Translations under genes and position numbers: made by a program
IMG/VR virus record: IMGVR_UViG_3300015371_000001
Span: 1 to 64,000 of that record
Length of the DNA stretch: 64,000 bases
Direction: 5' to 3' (one strand)
From: a virus
Notes under the pieces: generated by a model
What the model was told of the DNA's origin: nothing
The model's input: only the letters and a program-made list of their open reading frames with translations
Databases searched by the model: none
Part shown: positions 8,840 through 17,968 of the stretch, piece by piece
How positions within the stretch are numbered: position 1 is the stretch's first letter
Layout: the number at the start of each line of letters is the position of its first letter

Positions 8840-8900
8840 CGACTACGGCGGGGAGGTCATCCGGAGCCGATGATCCGCCGTGGTTGCTCAATCCGGACAT

Positions 8901-8973
8901 GCCTCGTTAGCTGAGACGGCATTAGCACCGGCCTCTTAAGCCGGGGACCAGGGTTCGAGTCCCTGACGGGGTA
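8901..8973 (+). tRNA. tRNA-Lys(CTT)
   Basis: CCGGC-CT-CTT-AA-GCCGG. Confidence 0.9.
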
Positions 8974-9036
8974 CTTCACGATGCAGGAGGACAACATGAT
9001 GGATCTCAAACAGGCGCGGTGATTCCCCATCACCGC

Positions 9037-9111
9037 GCCTCGTTAGCTCAGTCTGGCCAGAGCCACCGGCTTTTAACCGGAGGGTCGCGGGTTCGAATCC
9101 TGCACGGGGCA
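9037..9111 (+). tRNA. tRNA-Lys(TTT)
   Basis: CCGG-CT-TTT-AA-CCGG. Confidence 0.9.
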
Positions 9112-9123
9112 CAACAGCTTCAT

Positions 9124-9196
9124 GGGCGTGTGGCGCAGTCGGCAGCGCACTTGTTTCACACACAAGAGGTCCCTGGTTCGAGCCCAGGTACGCCCA
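9124..9196 (+). tRNA. tRNA-Val(CAC)
   Basis: CTTGT-TT-CAC-AC-ACAAG. Confidence 0.9.
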
Positions 9197-9298
9197 CTGT
9201 CCGACCGCGATCCTAGGCACTCAGCGGTACGGCCCATCGTTCGCAGCGCACGAGTGGAGATAGCTACCACGGGACAGAGCCAACCCGGACGATGGTGA

Positions 9299-9371
9299 GG
9301 GCGAGTGGCGCAGCGGCTAGCGCATCTGCTCGACACGCAGGAGGTCACAGGTTCAAATCCTGTCTCGCCCA
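9299..9371 (+). tRNA. tRNA-Val(GAC)
   Basis: TCTGC-TC-GAC-AC-GCAGG. Confidence 0.9.
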
Positions 9372-9402
9372 CGAGGGGGATGGTTCGCCCACCCCTTCAC
9401 CT

Positions 9403-9497
9403 GGAGAGGTGGCTGAGTCCGGTTTAAGGCGACCGTCTCGAAAACGGTTGGGGCGTTGATAGCGCCTCCGTGGGTTCGAATCCCACTCTCTCCTCCA
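9403..9497 (+). tRNA. tRNA-Ser(CGA)
   Basis: ACCGT-CT-CGA-AA-ACGGT; long variable arm; CCA. Confidence 0.9.
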
Positions 9498-9498
9498 T

Positions 9499-9573
9499 GA
9501 CCATGTAGCCCAAATTGGCAGAGGCGTCCGGTTCAGGCCCGGAAGGTTGTGAGTTCGAATCTCACCTTGGTCA
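9499..9573 (+). tRNA. tRNA-Leu(CAG), short variable loop
   Basis: TCCGG-TT-CAG-GC-CCGGA. Confidence 0.85.
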
Positions 9574-9578
9574 CGCAA

Positions 9579-9653
9579 GCGCGAGTAGCCCAACTGGCAG
9601 GAGGCACCGGCTTCAAAACCCGGACAGTGAGAGTTCGAATCTCTCCTTGCGCA
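9579..9653 (+). tRNA. tRNA-Leu(CAA), short variable loop
   Basis: CCGGC-TT-CAA-AA-CCCGG. Confidence 0.8.
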
Positions 9654-9703
9654 CGAGGCCGGAGGTCAACACTGTCGTGTTGGGGTCCCTCCGGCTTCAC
9701 CTA

Positions 9704-9793
9704 GGTGAAGTGGCGGAGTGGCTGAACGCGCCGGGTTGCTAACTCGGTAGACGGGAGACCGTCTCGTGGGTTCGAATCCCACTTTCACCTCCA
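9704..9793 (+). tRNA. tRNA-Ser(GCT)
   Basis: CCGGG-TT-GCT-AA-CTCGG; long variable arm; CCA. Confidence 0.9.
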
Positions 9794-9794
9794 G

Positions 9795-9876
9795 GTCCAT
9801 GTGGCGGAATTGGCAGACGCGCACGGTTGAGGGCCGTGTGCCGCAAGGCGTCCGGGTTCAAGTCCCGGCTTGGACA
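9795..9876 (+). tRNA. tRNA-Leu(GAG)
   Basis: CACGG-TT-GAG-GG-CCGTG; variable arm. Confidence 0.9.
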
Positions 9877-9880
9877 CGTA

Positions 9881-9954
9881 CGGGTTGTGGCGCAGTTTGG
9901 TAGCGCACCGGGCTGGGGGTCCGGGGGTCGCTGGTTCAAGTCCAGCCAACCCGA
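9881..9954 (+). tRNA. tRNA-Pro(GGG)
   Basis: CCGGG-CT-GGG-GG-TCCGG. Confidence 0.9.
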
Positions 9955-10068
9955 CAATGGGGTGATGATCGTGAGCCCTTGGACCTAGGCTGCCTGGCGG
10001 CGGAGGATGGTCCCACCAAAGTCGAGTGAGACTCAACGCCAGGCGTCGAGCTTGACAAACCGATCCAT

Positions 10069-10142
10069 CTGGGAGTGGGGCAGCTTGGTAGCCCGCGTGC
10101 GTCGGAAGCACGAGGTCGCAGGTTCAAATCCTGCCTTCCAGA
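10069..10142 (+). tRNA. tRNA-Pro(CGG)
   Basis: CGTGC-GT-CGG-AA-GCACG. Confidence 0.85.
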
Positions 10143-10144
10143 CT

Positions 10145-10217
10145 GTGCTGGTAACGCAAAGGCAGACGTGCCGGGTTGTGTCCCCGGAACATGCGGGTTC
10201 GACCCCCGTCCAGCACC
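10145..10217 (+). tRNA. tRNA-His(GTG)
   Basis: CCGGG-TT-GTG-TC-CCCGG; C73. Confidence 0.85.
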
Positions 10218-10259
10218 CGAGACCCAGGGGAGGGGGTCTGAAAAGATACCTCCCCCAAT

Positions 10260-10342
10260 GGCGCGGCTGGGCACTGGCTTGAGCCCCCCTGACTGTAAAT
10301 CAGACGCCGCTGGCTGTGTAGGTTCGAGTCCTACCCGCGCCA
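10260..10342 (+). tRNA. tRNA-Tyr(GTA)
   Basis: CTGA-CT-GTA-AA-TCAG; variable arm. Confidence 0.85.
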
Positions 10343-10400
10343 CTGTGGTTCACGCTCTGATCTAGACCTAGCTTCCTACGTCGTTCGTGAACCACACCTT

Positions 10401-10471
10401 GGTGCTGTGGCCGAGAGGCTAGGCGCTGGCCTGCAAAGCCAGATACGCCGGTTCGAGTCCGGCCAGTACCT
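10401..10471 (+). tRNA. tRNA-Cys(GCA)
   Basis: CTGGC-CT-GCA-AA-GCCAG; U73. Confidence 0.9.
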
Positions 10472-10507
10472 CGATCCCTGCCTGGGATACCAGCAGGCAG
10501 GGCTCAT

Positions 10508-10583
10508 GCCCTGGTAGCACAACGGATAGTGCATCTGGCTACGAACCAGAAGGTTGCAGGTTCGAATCCTGTTCAGGGCTCCA
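10508..10583 (+). tRNA. tRNA-Arg(ACG)
   Basis: TCTGG-CT-ACG-AA-CCAGA; CCA. Confidence 0.9.
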
Positions 10584-10584
10584 A

Positions 10585-10657
10585 GGCGGTGTAGCTCAGT
10601 TGGTAGAGCGCCGGACCCATACCCCGGAGGCCCCTGGTTCGAGGCCAGGCATCGCTA
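10585..10657 (+). tRNA. tRNA-Met(CAT), elongator type
   Basis: CCGGA-CC-CAT-AC-CCCGG. Confidence 0.8.
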
Positions 10658-10663
10658 CGTCAC

Positions 10664-10736
10664 GCCCCGTTAGCTCAGTGGACAGAGCAACGGAGTCCTA
10701 TCCCGTAGGTCCAGGGTTCGAATCCCTGACGGGGCT
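10664..10736 (+). tRNA. tRNA-Arg(CCT)
   Basis: ACGGA-GT-CCT-AT-CCCGT; A20. Confidence 0.85.
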
Positions 10737-10772
10737 CTCCCGATCCGCCACACGTCGGTCAACGTGTAGACG

Positions 10773-11012
10773 ATGAACCTGAAGTTGAAGGAGTTCAGCA
10801 TTCACTCCTGCCCACTTAGTCCGTGGTGTAGGAAGTACGACGATGAGCCGCCGTGGCGGTTCCACATCAACACCCCCTGGTGGCACTTTGCCTTTGCACT
10901 CCGACCGGGTGCGAGGTTCGTTCGGATCAAGGACTACTACTCCGGTAAGCCGGAGGAGGAGTGGGAGTACATCTCCGAGTGGACGATGTTCAAGCGTCGT
11001 CAGGAGCCGTGA
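10773..11012 (+). CDS. Small hypothetical protein within the tRNA array
   Basis: Occupies a tRNA-free gap; coding-like codons. Confidence 0.45.
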   Translation: MNLKLKEFSIHSCPLSPWCRKYDDEPPWRFHINTPWWHFAFALRPGARFVRIKDYYSGKPEEEWEYISEWTMFKRRQEP

Positions 11013-11168
11013 GGGTACGACGAGAGTGGCTGGCACCCGGCCATCGTTGGGTGTGCGAGTCATGTCACCGGCAAGACGTGGTGCTTGATTGGTTCAAGAA
11101 CAAGAAGGGACACCAGGTCACCTTCTGGCAGTGCATAGGTTGTTCCCGCGAAGAATCGCGGTGTCGAT

Positions 11169-11243
<75 letters not shown>

Positions 11244-11356
11244 CGGGGACTCTCTCATTCCCCCCACAGGGAGAGACCCTGGTGGACGCAGAGCGATGAG
11301 TCGCGCTTCGCGTCCCCGCTCCCTGCCCAGCGGGCGATGTTCGGGCAGGGAGCTTT

Positions 11357-11429
11357 GCCCCGGTAGCTCAGTGGATAGAGCACCGGCTTCCGAAGCCGTA
11401 GGTCGCAGGTTCAAATCCTGTTCGGGGCT
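11357..11429 (+). tRNA. tRNA-Arg(CCG)
   Basis: CGGC-TT-CCG-AA-GCCG. Confidence 0.9.
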
Positions 11430-11516
11430 CGCTATCGGCACCACTGTTGAGTTACACTGATTGTCCCTGGCTGGTAGGCGTCCAAGTTCGCTTGGGAAAC
11501 ACCAGTCAGGGCTCGT

Positions 11517-11593
11517 AGCGGAGTAGAGCAGTTCGGTAGCTCGCCAGCCTCATAAGCTGGAGGTCGTGGGTTCGAATCCCATCTCCGCCACCA
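11517..11593 (+). tRNA. tRNA-Met(CAT), initiator-like
   Basis: A1:C72 mismatch, GAGCAGTTCGGTAGCTC D-arm, CT-CAT-AA loop, CCA. Confidence 0.85.
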
Positions 11594-11740
11594 TGACAGA
11601 GGCGCAGGTCCGGCCCGGACCAACATGTAGGGCAATCTGGCCAGGCGAGTTCCTTGGCATCCCGATCCTGGACGTGCTCGATACCTACGAGCCAGACGAG
11701 AACAGCGAGAATATTGAGGACTGACTGAGTATCAGTCAGT

Positions 11741-12673
11741 GTGCTCCGCAAGCTGTCCATCCGGAACTACCAGAGCCTCAGGTCGGTCGACCTGGATCTC
11801 CGAGGTTTCACCGTCATCGTCGGTCCTTCCGGCTCCGGTAAGTCCTCTCTGGTACGTGCCTCCAAGATGTTGGTGGTCAACGCTCGCGGCAGTGCGTACG
11901 TCAGCCGTGGTCAGAAGCGTGCCGGAGTGGTCGGTGAGATGGTCGACGGAGCCATTGTGGCGCTGGAGCGCGGCGAGGGGCATGGCCTCTACCGGATGAT
12001 CGCCAACGGCGAGGAGAAGCGGTACACCAAGCTCGGTGGTGCGACGCCGGACGAGATCGCTGAGTGCTTCCGGGTCGACCCGGATCTCACTTTCGCCGGT
12101 CAGTTCGACCAGCCGTACCTGCTCGCCGATTCCGGAGGACAGGTCGCTCGCGCGCTCGGTGAGTTGACCAACGTGACGGTGATCTTCGAGGCCGTCCGTG
12201 AGGCCAACCGACGGCGGCAGGCAACCAACGTTCAGCTACGTTCTCGTAAGGCGGATCTCCAGCGAGCCACAGACGAGCTTCAGAACTATCGCAGGCTGCC
12301 CCGGCAGTTGCAGGCCATGTCCAAGGCGGAGGAGGTCCTGGAGCGCGCCAAGAGCCTCCAGGTCGATGTTGACAAGCTCCGTCGAGCGCTTCAGACGTAC
12401 GAGTTGGCTGAGCGTGTCCTGGAGAAGGCTGACGCTGCGGTGGGGAGGCCGTTGCCGATCCTTGAGCCGCTAGAAAAGCTCTTGGCACGGCGAGCCGAGT
12501 TGGCCGACAAGCTCAAGTCCATCGCGCACCTTCAGAACATGTACGCGGTGGCCGTAGCCGGAATCGAGATAGCAACCAAGCAGGAGGAGCAAGCACACCG
12601 TGAGCTACACAGCACCTTGGTCGCAGCCGGGGTATGTCCCACCTGTGGTGCCGACACGTCAGGACTGGAGTGA
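11741..12673 (+). CDS. SbcC/Rad50-like ATPase, N-terminal half
   Basis: LSIRNYQS, Walker A GPSGSGKS, Q-loop GQFDQ, coiled coil, terminal CPTCG zinc hook. Confidence 0.85.
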   Translation: MLRKLSIRNYQSLRSVDLDLRGFTVIVGPSGSGKSSLVRASKMLVVNARGSAYVSRGQKRAGVVGEMVDGAIVALERGEGHGLYRMIANGEEKRYTKLGGATPDEIAECFRVDPDLTFAGQFDQPYLLADSGGQVARALGELTNVTVIFEAVREANRRRQATNVQLRSRKADLQRATDELQNYRRLPRQLQAMSKAEEVLERAKSLQVDVDKLRRALQTYELAERVLEKADAAVGRPLPILEPLEKLLARRAELADKLKSIAHLQNMYAVAVAGIEIATKQEEQAHRELHSTLVAAGVCPTCGADTSGLE

Positions 12674-12674
12674 T

Positions 12675-12926
12675 ATGGCCAAGTACCGAGTGTTCAAGCA
12701 AGACGAGGAGCTAGAGCCTGGGTCGTTCTTCGTACTCCGGCGACAGGACGTGGTCGGAGCCCAGGCGCTCTACGGCTACGCGCACCTGCTCCAGTCGTTG
12801 GTGGAGGCCGATACGATCTTCGGCTTCATGGACCCCATCGAGCGTGACCGGCTGACCGGCATGGCAGACGACGTGTTCGAGATCGCTGGGAAGTGGTCGG
12901 CGGCGACGAAGAAGGTCCCCGACTGA
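12675..12926 (+). CDS. Hypothetical protein
   Basis: GGAG SD; FFVLRRQD motif. Confidence 0.7.
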   Translation: MAKYRVFKQDEELEPGSFFVLRRQDVVGAQALYGYAHLLQSLVEADTIFGFMDPIERDRLTGMADDVFEIAGKWSAATKKVPD

Positions 12927-13312
12927 TGGATCGTCCTAGCTGGGACGAGTGGGCGTTGAGTCTTGCGACGGTCGTGGCGTCCCGCGCTGATTGCACCCGT
13001 GCTCAGGTTGGATCGGTGATCCTGAGCCGGAACCATCGATTGCTCAGTGTGGGTTACAACGGTCTCCCGGCTGGCATCCCTGGCTGTGCGTCGGCTGGCA
13101 ACTGTCCCCGTGGTCAGTTGTCACGAGAGGAGTGTCCTCCTGGTAGCGAGCCGTTGAGTAACTGTGCAGCGGTACATGCTGAGGCCAACGCGATCTACCA
13201 TGCCGATCCGGTGGAACTTCCGAAGTCCACGATCTATGTGACGCGGAAGCCGTGCGAGATGTGTCAGACCCTCATCGATGCCGCTGGAATTGGCCGGGTG
13301 GTGACTCCGTGA
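12926..13312 (+). CDS. dCMP deaminase
   Basis: RPSWDE, GYNG, HAEAN, PCEMC. Confidence 0.92.
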   Translation: MDRPSWDEWALSLATVVASRADCTRAQVGSVILSRNHRLLSVGYNGLPAGIPGCASAGNCPRGQLSREECPPGSEPLSNCAAVHAEANAIYHADPVELPKSTIYVTRKPCEMCQTLIDAAGIGRVVTP

Positions 13313-14259
13313 GAGCGCTCCTGCTGGGGGACATTCACCTGAGCGACCGCGCGCCGTCGTCGTGTACCGAGTCGTACAACGAGGACATGTTCACTCTGCT
13401 AGAGCATTCTGTGGATCTCGCGCAGGAGCACAGGGCTGACATCGTGGTCTGGGCCGGAGACGTGTTCCACCACAAGCAGCCGAGCCGGACGAGCCACAAG
13501 ACGGTCCAGCGCACCATCGAGATCGCCAAGGCGTACCCGCACCTGGTGATCGTGCCTGGCAACCACGACATGCTGAACGACCGGTTGGAGTCCATCTCGC
13601 TCACGCAGCCTCTTGGCGTACTGGAGAAGGCTGGAATCGAGCTACTGAACGGATGGATGCAGGACTGGCCGGTCTACGGCATCCCGTGGCAGCAGGAGTG
13701 GTCTCAGGAGGCCCTGAGAGCCGCCCTGGAGGGTTGGAACGCCACGCCGGACCCCGAGCCCCTGGCGTACTCTCTGGTGGTCACACACGCGCCCTTGTAC
13801 CCACCGGGCAAGGAGTTGCCGTACGAGTACTTCCCGACCGAGGTGTGGGCCGAGGAGCAGGGAGCCGGGTATGTGTACTACGGCCACGTTCACGACTACC
13901 ACGGCACCTATCAGGTGGGAGATGTAACGTTCTGCAACCAGGGCGCACTCACCCGAGGCAGCCTGCATGAGTCGGAGTTGACCAGAGAGTTAGCCCTGAC
14001 GTTGTGGGACAACGATGGCTTTGAGCGCATCGAGATCCCGCATAAGCCAGCCGATCAGGTGTTCCGGTTGCTGGAGAAGCGTGAGCTACAGGACACTCAG
14101 GCTCGATTGGACGAGTTCTTGGCGAGCATCGGTGAGGTGCGGGTGCAGGTCACCTCCATTGAGGCGGTCCTGGAACAGATCAGGGCGCTGAAGCTCGGTA
14201 CTGAGCTAGAGGGATTGGCCGAGGAGCTACTACAGGGAGCACAGCATGGTGATGGGTAG
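13309..14259 (+). CDS. SbcD/Mre11-like metallophosphoesterase nuclease
   Basis: GDIH, AGDVFH, PGNHD, GHVH, NQGALTR. Confidence 0.9.
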   Translation: MRALLLGDIHLSDRAPSSCTESYNEDMFTLLEHSVDLAQEHRADIVVWAGDVFHHKQPSRTSHKTVQRTIEIAKAYPHLVIVPGNHDMLNDRLESISLTQPLGVLEKAGIELLNGWMQDWPVYGIPWQQEWSQEALRAALEGWNATPDPEPLAYSLVVTHAPLYPPGKELPYEYFPTEVWAEEQGAGYVYYGHVHDYHGTYQVGDVTFCNQGALTRGSLHESELTRELALTLWDNDGFERIEIPHKPADQVFRLLEKRELQDTQARLDEFLASIGEVRVQVTSIEAVLEQIRALKLGTELEGLAEELLQGAQHGDG

Positions 14260-14749
14260 TTCGATCCAGATTCCGTACGGGTTGAAGCCAGTGGTGATCT
14301 ACGACTTGGACTCCACGATTGCCAACACCAAGCACCGGCACCACTTCATCGACAAGATCATGGCCGGGGAGGGCACCTGGGAGGAGTACTCCTTGATGTG
14401 CGAGCAGGACACGATCTTCCCCGGCGTACTCCGGCTGGCTCAGGTCACGTCGCAGATGTTCCAGAACTTCATCTTGACGGCTCGGATGGCAGTGGCTCGA
14501 CCGCAGACCGAGACGTGGTTGCGTACGGTCCAGTTTCCGTACTCTCTGCTAAAGATGTGCGAGGACGACCACGATGACCATGTGGGCTGGAAGCGTAAGG
14601 CCGTGGCTGAGTGGCGCGCCAACGGCTTCGAGCCGATTCTTGCGGTAGAGGATTCGCCGGAGGTGATGGACGCCTTCGAGGCTGACGGAATCCGCTGCTT
14701 GGCGGTGAACCCCCGTTACCACGACGACAAGCCCGAGGGCTTCTTCTGA
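14246..14749 (+). CDS. HAD-family phosphatase (polynucleotide kinase 3'-phosphatase-like)
   Basis: YDLDSTIA, LTAR, K, VEDS. Confidence 0.8.
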   Translation: MVMGSSIQIPYGLKPVVIYDLDSTIANTKHRHHFIDKIMAGEGTWEEYSLMCEQDTIFPGVLRLAQVTSQMFQNFILTARMAVARPQTETWLRTVQFPYSLLKMCEDDHDDHVGWKRKAVAEWRANGFEPILAVEDSPEVMDAFEADGIRCLAVNPRYHDDKPEGFF

Positions 14750-14768
14750 GTGCAGTGAGTGTCCAGAC

Positions 14769-15590
14769 GTGGAGCCGTTGTACCTAAGCTGGTCCGCCCT
14801 TCGTCGTCACGACGAGTGTCGGATGAAGGCCAAGCTGTTCCGCGCTGGGACCAAGAGCCGGTCGGCCAACATCCGTGGCTACTTCCACGGGACGGTGTGC
14901 GACCGTGTCATGCGCGACTGGCTGGAGGACCCTCAGCCCGGTCAGATGCCCGAGATGGTGACCACCTACGTAGACAAGTGCCTTCATGAAGCAGTCGAGA
15001 CAGGCGACGGTGTCGTTAGGTGGAAGTACGCGGGCGACAAGGCCGATATGACGAAGTGGTGCATCGAGTTGGTGACTCGACTGGAACCGCTCCTGAACCG
15101 ATATGTACTCCCATTCGCGTACGAGCCAGCCAAACGGTTCAAGGTCCCGCTCACGATCCCGAACCTGCTTGGCGAGCCCACCACCGTGTTGCTTGTCGGA
15201 GAGATAGACCTGCTCTGCCGCGACAATCAACTGCGGTGGGGGCTCTGGGACCTGAAGGCTACAGCCGACGACAACTACTGGCGCAAGACAATTGCCCAAC
15301 TCACCTTCTACGACGTGTGCATCGAGGCGATGTTCAACGATCCGCCCTACATCGCCGGTCTGATCCAGCCGATGTGCAAGCAGCCGATCTTGCCGGTCAA
15401 GATCACTGAGCTAGAGCGCGCGGAGTTGCTGGCGCGCATCGTTGGGATGGCGCACGCCATCTGGAAGGAGGACTTCGCGCTGGCCGAAAAGACGGCCATC
15501 TGTAACTACTGCGAGGTCCGGCACGCTTGTCCGAAGTTCTCACCGGTCCGCAAGGACGAACAGCTGGTAATTCATGCTTTTGACGAGTAG
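14769..15590 (+). CDS. PD-(D/E)XK RecB/Cas4-like exonuclease
   Basis: LSWS..C, GEIDL..WDLK, QLTFY, CNYCEVRHAC. Confidence 0.85.
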   Translation: MEPLYLSWSALRRHDECRMKAKLFRAGTKSRSANIRGYFHGTVCDRVMRDWLEDPQPGQMPEMVTTYVDKCLHEAVETGDGVVRWKYAGDKADMTKWCIELVTRLEPLLNRYVLPFAYEPAKRFKVPLTIPNLLGEPTTVLLVGEIDLLCRDNQLRWGLWDLKATADDNYWRKTIAQLTFYDVCIEAMFNDPPYIAGLIQPMCKQPILPVKITELERAELLARIVGMAHAIWKEDFALAEKTAICNYCEVRHACPKFSPVRKDEQLVIHAFDE

Positions 15591-15598
15591 AAGATCGT

Positions 15599-15847
15599 GT
15601 GTCATCTGTCGATGAGCAGGTCGCTGACCTGAAGCAGAAGATCGCCGACGCCACGCGCGATCGTGTCCGGCGCGAGGGTGAGCGAGACGCCGCCAAGCGG
15701 GCGCTGGAGCGGTGCTTCGAGATTCTTCGGGATGACTTCGGGGTAGAGACCAAGGAGATGGCTCAGGCGGCGCTGGAGTCGTTGGAGAACGACCTGGAGG
15801 CCGAGGTCGATCAGATCAGACAGGCACTTGAGGAGGCTGGCGGATGA
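15599..15847 (+). CDS. Small coiled-coil protein
   Basis: Heptad-rich charged sequence. Confidence 0.65.
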   Translation: MSSVDEQVADLKQKIADATRDRVRREGERDAAKRALERCFEILRDDFGVETKEMAQAALESLENDLEAEVDQIRQALEEAGG

Positions 15848-17025
15848 CGGCAATCGACATGGGCACTTCTGGTTCGATGGGTGACTTCGTTCCCGACAAG
15901 GGTCTGAGTCTGAGCACCAAGAAGTTGGTGTTCGAGCAGACGTGTAACAAGTCGGCCACGGTGATCCCGAGCCGGGAGACCCTGCCGGTGCTGAAGAACT
16001 TCCTGTTCGAGGCGGTCGACGGCACGCTCAAGGTGGTCGCCACGGACCTGGAGTTGAGCGTCATCGCCTCAAGTCAGATCGTCTCCATTGAGCGAGAGGG
16101 CCGAGTCATCTTCCCTGCTAGGAAGATGCTGGACATCCTCCGTGAGGCGTCTGAGGACGACATGAGCATTGACGTGGTCGGCAAGCGCGCCACGATCAAG
16201 GTGGGCTCTACGGAGTGGACGTTGATCCTGCCGCCGCCCGAGGAGGAGTACCCCGAGCTACCCGAGGTCTCTGACGCCGAGATGCATCAGATTGAGCGCG
16301 AGCGCTTCCTGACGGCGATCAACAGCGTGTGGCACGCAGCGGCCAAGGAGCCGACCCGAGCCAACCTCATGCTGATCAATGTCGAGCACGAGAAGATGAC
16401 GGCGTGCGACGGCGTCCGATTCCAGCAGGCGAGTCTGCCTGGCTTCCCGCTGGACATGCAGATCCCGATTGGAGCCGTGACCGATCTGGTCAAGCTCCTC
16501 AAGGCAGCCAATGGCGTGGAGACCATCGGCATTGGCGCGACGGAGCATCACCTGGTGTTCCGCGTCGGCGGCGACACCTTCATCGCCAACAAGCTGATGT
16601 CACAGTTCCCAGACATGGAAGCTCTGCTACTTCGCCCCGCTCTGAGCAACAAGCATGAGCTAATTCTTGACAGAGACGAGTTGACCCACGCCGTGAAGCG
16701 CGTCCGGATCAACGCCGACCAGGAGACCAGCGCCATCGCTCTGGAGTTGTCGGAGAACCTGGTCACCTTGGTGAGCAAGGACGTACTCGGCAATCGAGCC
16801 AGTCAGCCGATCAGCGCCGGGTGGAGTGGGCCGGACCGGCTGCTCTGCGTCAACCACCAGTACCTCGTGGACATGCTCAAGATGCACGAAGGAGCAAGCT
16901 GCCACTTCTGGCTGGGGGACGACGGCAAGAGCCGGAAGTCAACTGTCATGCTCAAGGATGAGACCACCGACACCACGGGCATCATCTCGCAGATGCGGTC
17001 CGACTGGATCATGGACGAGAGGTAG
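15844..17025 (+). CDS. dnaN: DNA polymerase III beta sliding clamp
   Basis: LPVLKNFL...VATDLE, YPELP, ACDGVR, QFPD; clamp-sized (393 aa). Confidence 0.9.
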   Translation: MTAIDMGTSGSMGDFVPDKGLSLSTKKLVFEQTCNKSATVIPSRETLPVLKNFLFEAVDGTLKVVATDLELSVIASSQIVSIEREGRVIFPARKMLDILREASEDDMSIDVVGKRATIKVGSTEWTLILPPPEEEYPELPEVSDAEMHQIERERFLTAINSVWHAAAKEPTRANLMLINVEHEKMTACDGVRFQQASLPGFPLDMQIPIGAVTDLVKLLKAANGVETIGIGATEHHLVFRVGGDTFIANKLMSQFPDMEALLLRPALSNKHELILDRDELTHAVKRVRINADQETSAIALELSENLVTLVSKDVLGNRASQPISAGWSGPDRLLCVNHQYLVDMLKMHEGASCHFWLGDDGKSRKSTVMLKDETTDTTGIISQMRSDWIMDER

Positions 17026-17030
17026 AGCCG

Positions 17031-17351
17031 ATGGCTTTTTGTCAGTACGTCGGTACCAAGGGCAATGAGTACAACAAGCGGTGCGTGTCGAAGTTGAACC
17101 ACGAACCGGCACCGCATGACCTGATGCCTCGGAGTTCGGCCACGGTCCGAATGATCGAGCGTCAGGAGGAGCAGGAGCGCAGGCTAGGAGACGGACCATC
17201 AACGCGAACCAAAGAGTCTGCCCCTGCGACGGAGTCCTCTGCCGAGACAACTGTGTCGGAGACGACACCGGAGACCGCTGCGGAGCCACCGGCTGCGGGC
17301 GACCCTGTGTCGGGGACTACCACGACGACCTCCGAGACGCCTGGCCGGTAG
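17031..17351 (+). CDS. Hypothetical protein
   Basis: GAGG SD; C/H N-terminus, T/E-rich tail. Confidence 0.55.
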   Translation: MAFCQYVGTKGNEYNKRCVSKLNHEPAPHDLMPRSSATVRMIERQEEQERRLGDGPSTRTKESAPATESSAETTVSETTPETAAEPPAAGDPVSGTTTTTSETPGR

Positions 17352-17385
17352 ATGATCGTCAACCGGCAGGGTAAGGTTGGGAAGG

Positions 17386-17889
17386 ATGACCGCTCACCAC
17401 CCATCTCGACGCTGGCACGGGTGTCCCCTGTGCAAGTCGTATAAGAACGACGCCAATGGAGACCCTGAGCGTCGGTCGGTTGGCGAGAACGTCCAGATGG
17501 GCACGCCACGACGGTGGCAGCGTAATGACATCCCCGAGCATGAGCACGAGTACGAGGAGCGCTCGCGTAAGGGGAAGCGCAAGGACACCAAGACGTGGTG
17601 CAAGGGCAAGGTAGGACGCGAGCACGACCCGATGGTGGTGTTCCGTGGCGACGACAAGTGGCGACGGTGCCGCTGGGTCACGACGTGGGCCGGGAACCAT
17701 GAGTTCTGGTGTTTCCACGAATCACGGTGTCGTACCTGCAACAAGATCCTGGATCGGTACAAGCATGGTTGGCACGGTGGTGTCGGTGATGACTGTCCGG
17801 TGAAGAAGGCGGCGACGCTGCGGGAGAAGGCTCTCAAGCAGTACGTCGAGTCCAAGGACCGGGTTATGCGTCGGCATCACAAGGTCTGA
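17386..17889 (+). CDS. Hypothetical basic Cys/His-rich protein
   Basis: Coding-like ORF. Confidence 0.55.
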   Translation: MTAHHPSRRWHGCPLCKSYKNDANGDPERRSVGENVQMGTPRRWQRNDIPEHEHEYEERSRKGKRKDTKTWCKGKVGREHDPMVVFRGDDKWRRCRWVTTWAGNHEFWCFHESRCRTCNKILDRYKHGWHGGVGDDCPVKKAATLREKALKQYVESKDRVMRRHHKV

Positions 17890-17968
17890 CCTGCAAGACA
17901 AAACACATCGATTCGAGTATCAAGTACTCGTCGGGCCGACAGGCTCATCAAACAATCAAGGAGATTTC

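Noticed and set aside
9579-9653. TCA (opal/Sec) reading of the CTTCAAA loop
   Set aside because: Register from the D-arm puts CAA at 34-36; Leu-type D-loop, A73, no Sec features
9499-9653. Short-variable-arm tRNA-Leu as a novelty
   Set aside because: Such tRNA-Leu species are already known from actinobacteria and their phages
5869-10365. ORF-track predictions across the tRNA array
   Set aside because: They overlap tRNA genes and lack SD sites and coding bias
14769-15590. Cas4 as part of a CRISPR system
   Set aside because: No repeat-spacer array or other cas genes in the window; stand-alone phage PD-(D/E)XK nuclease
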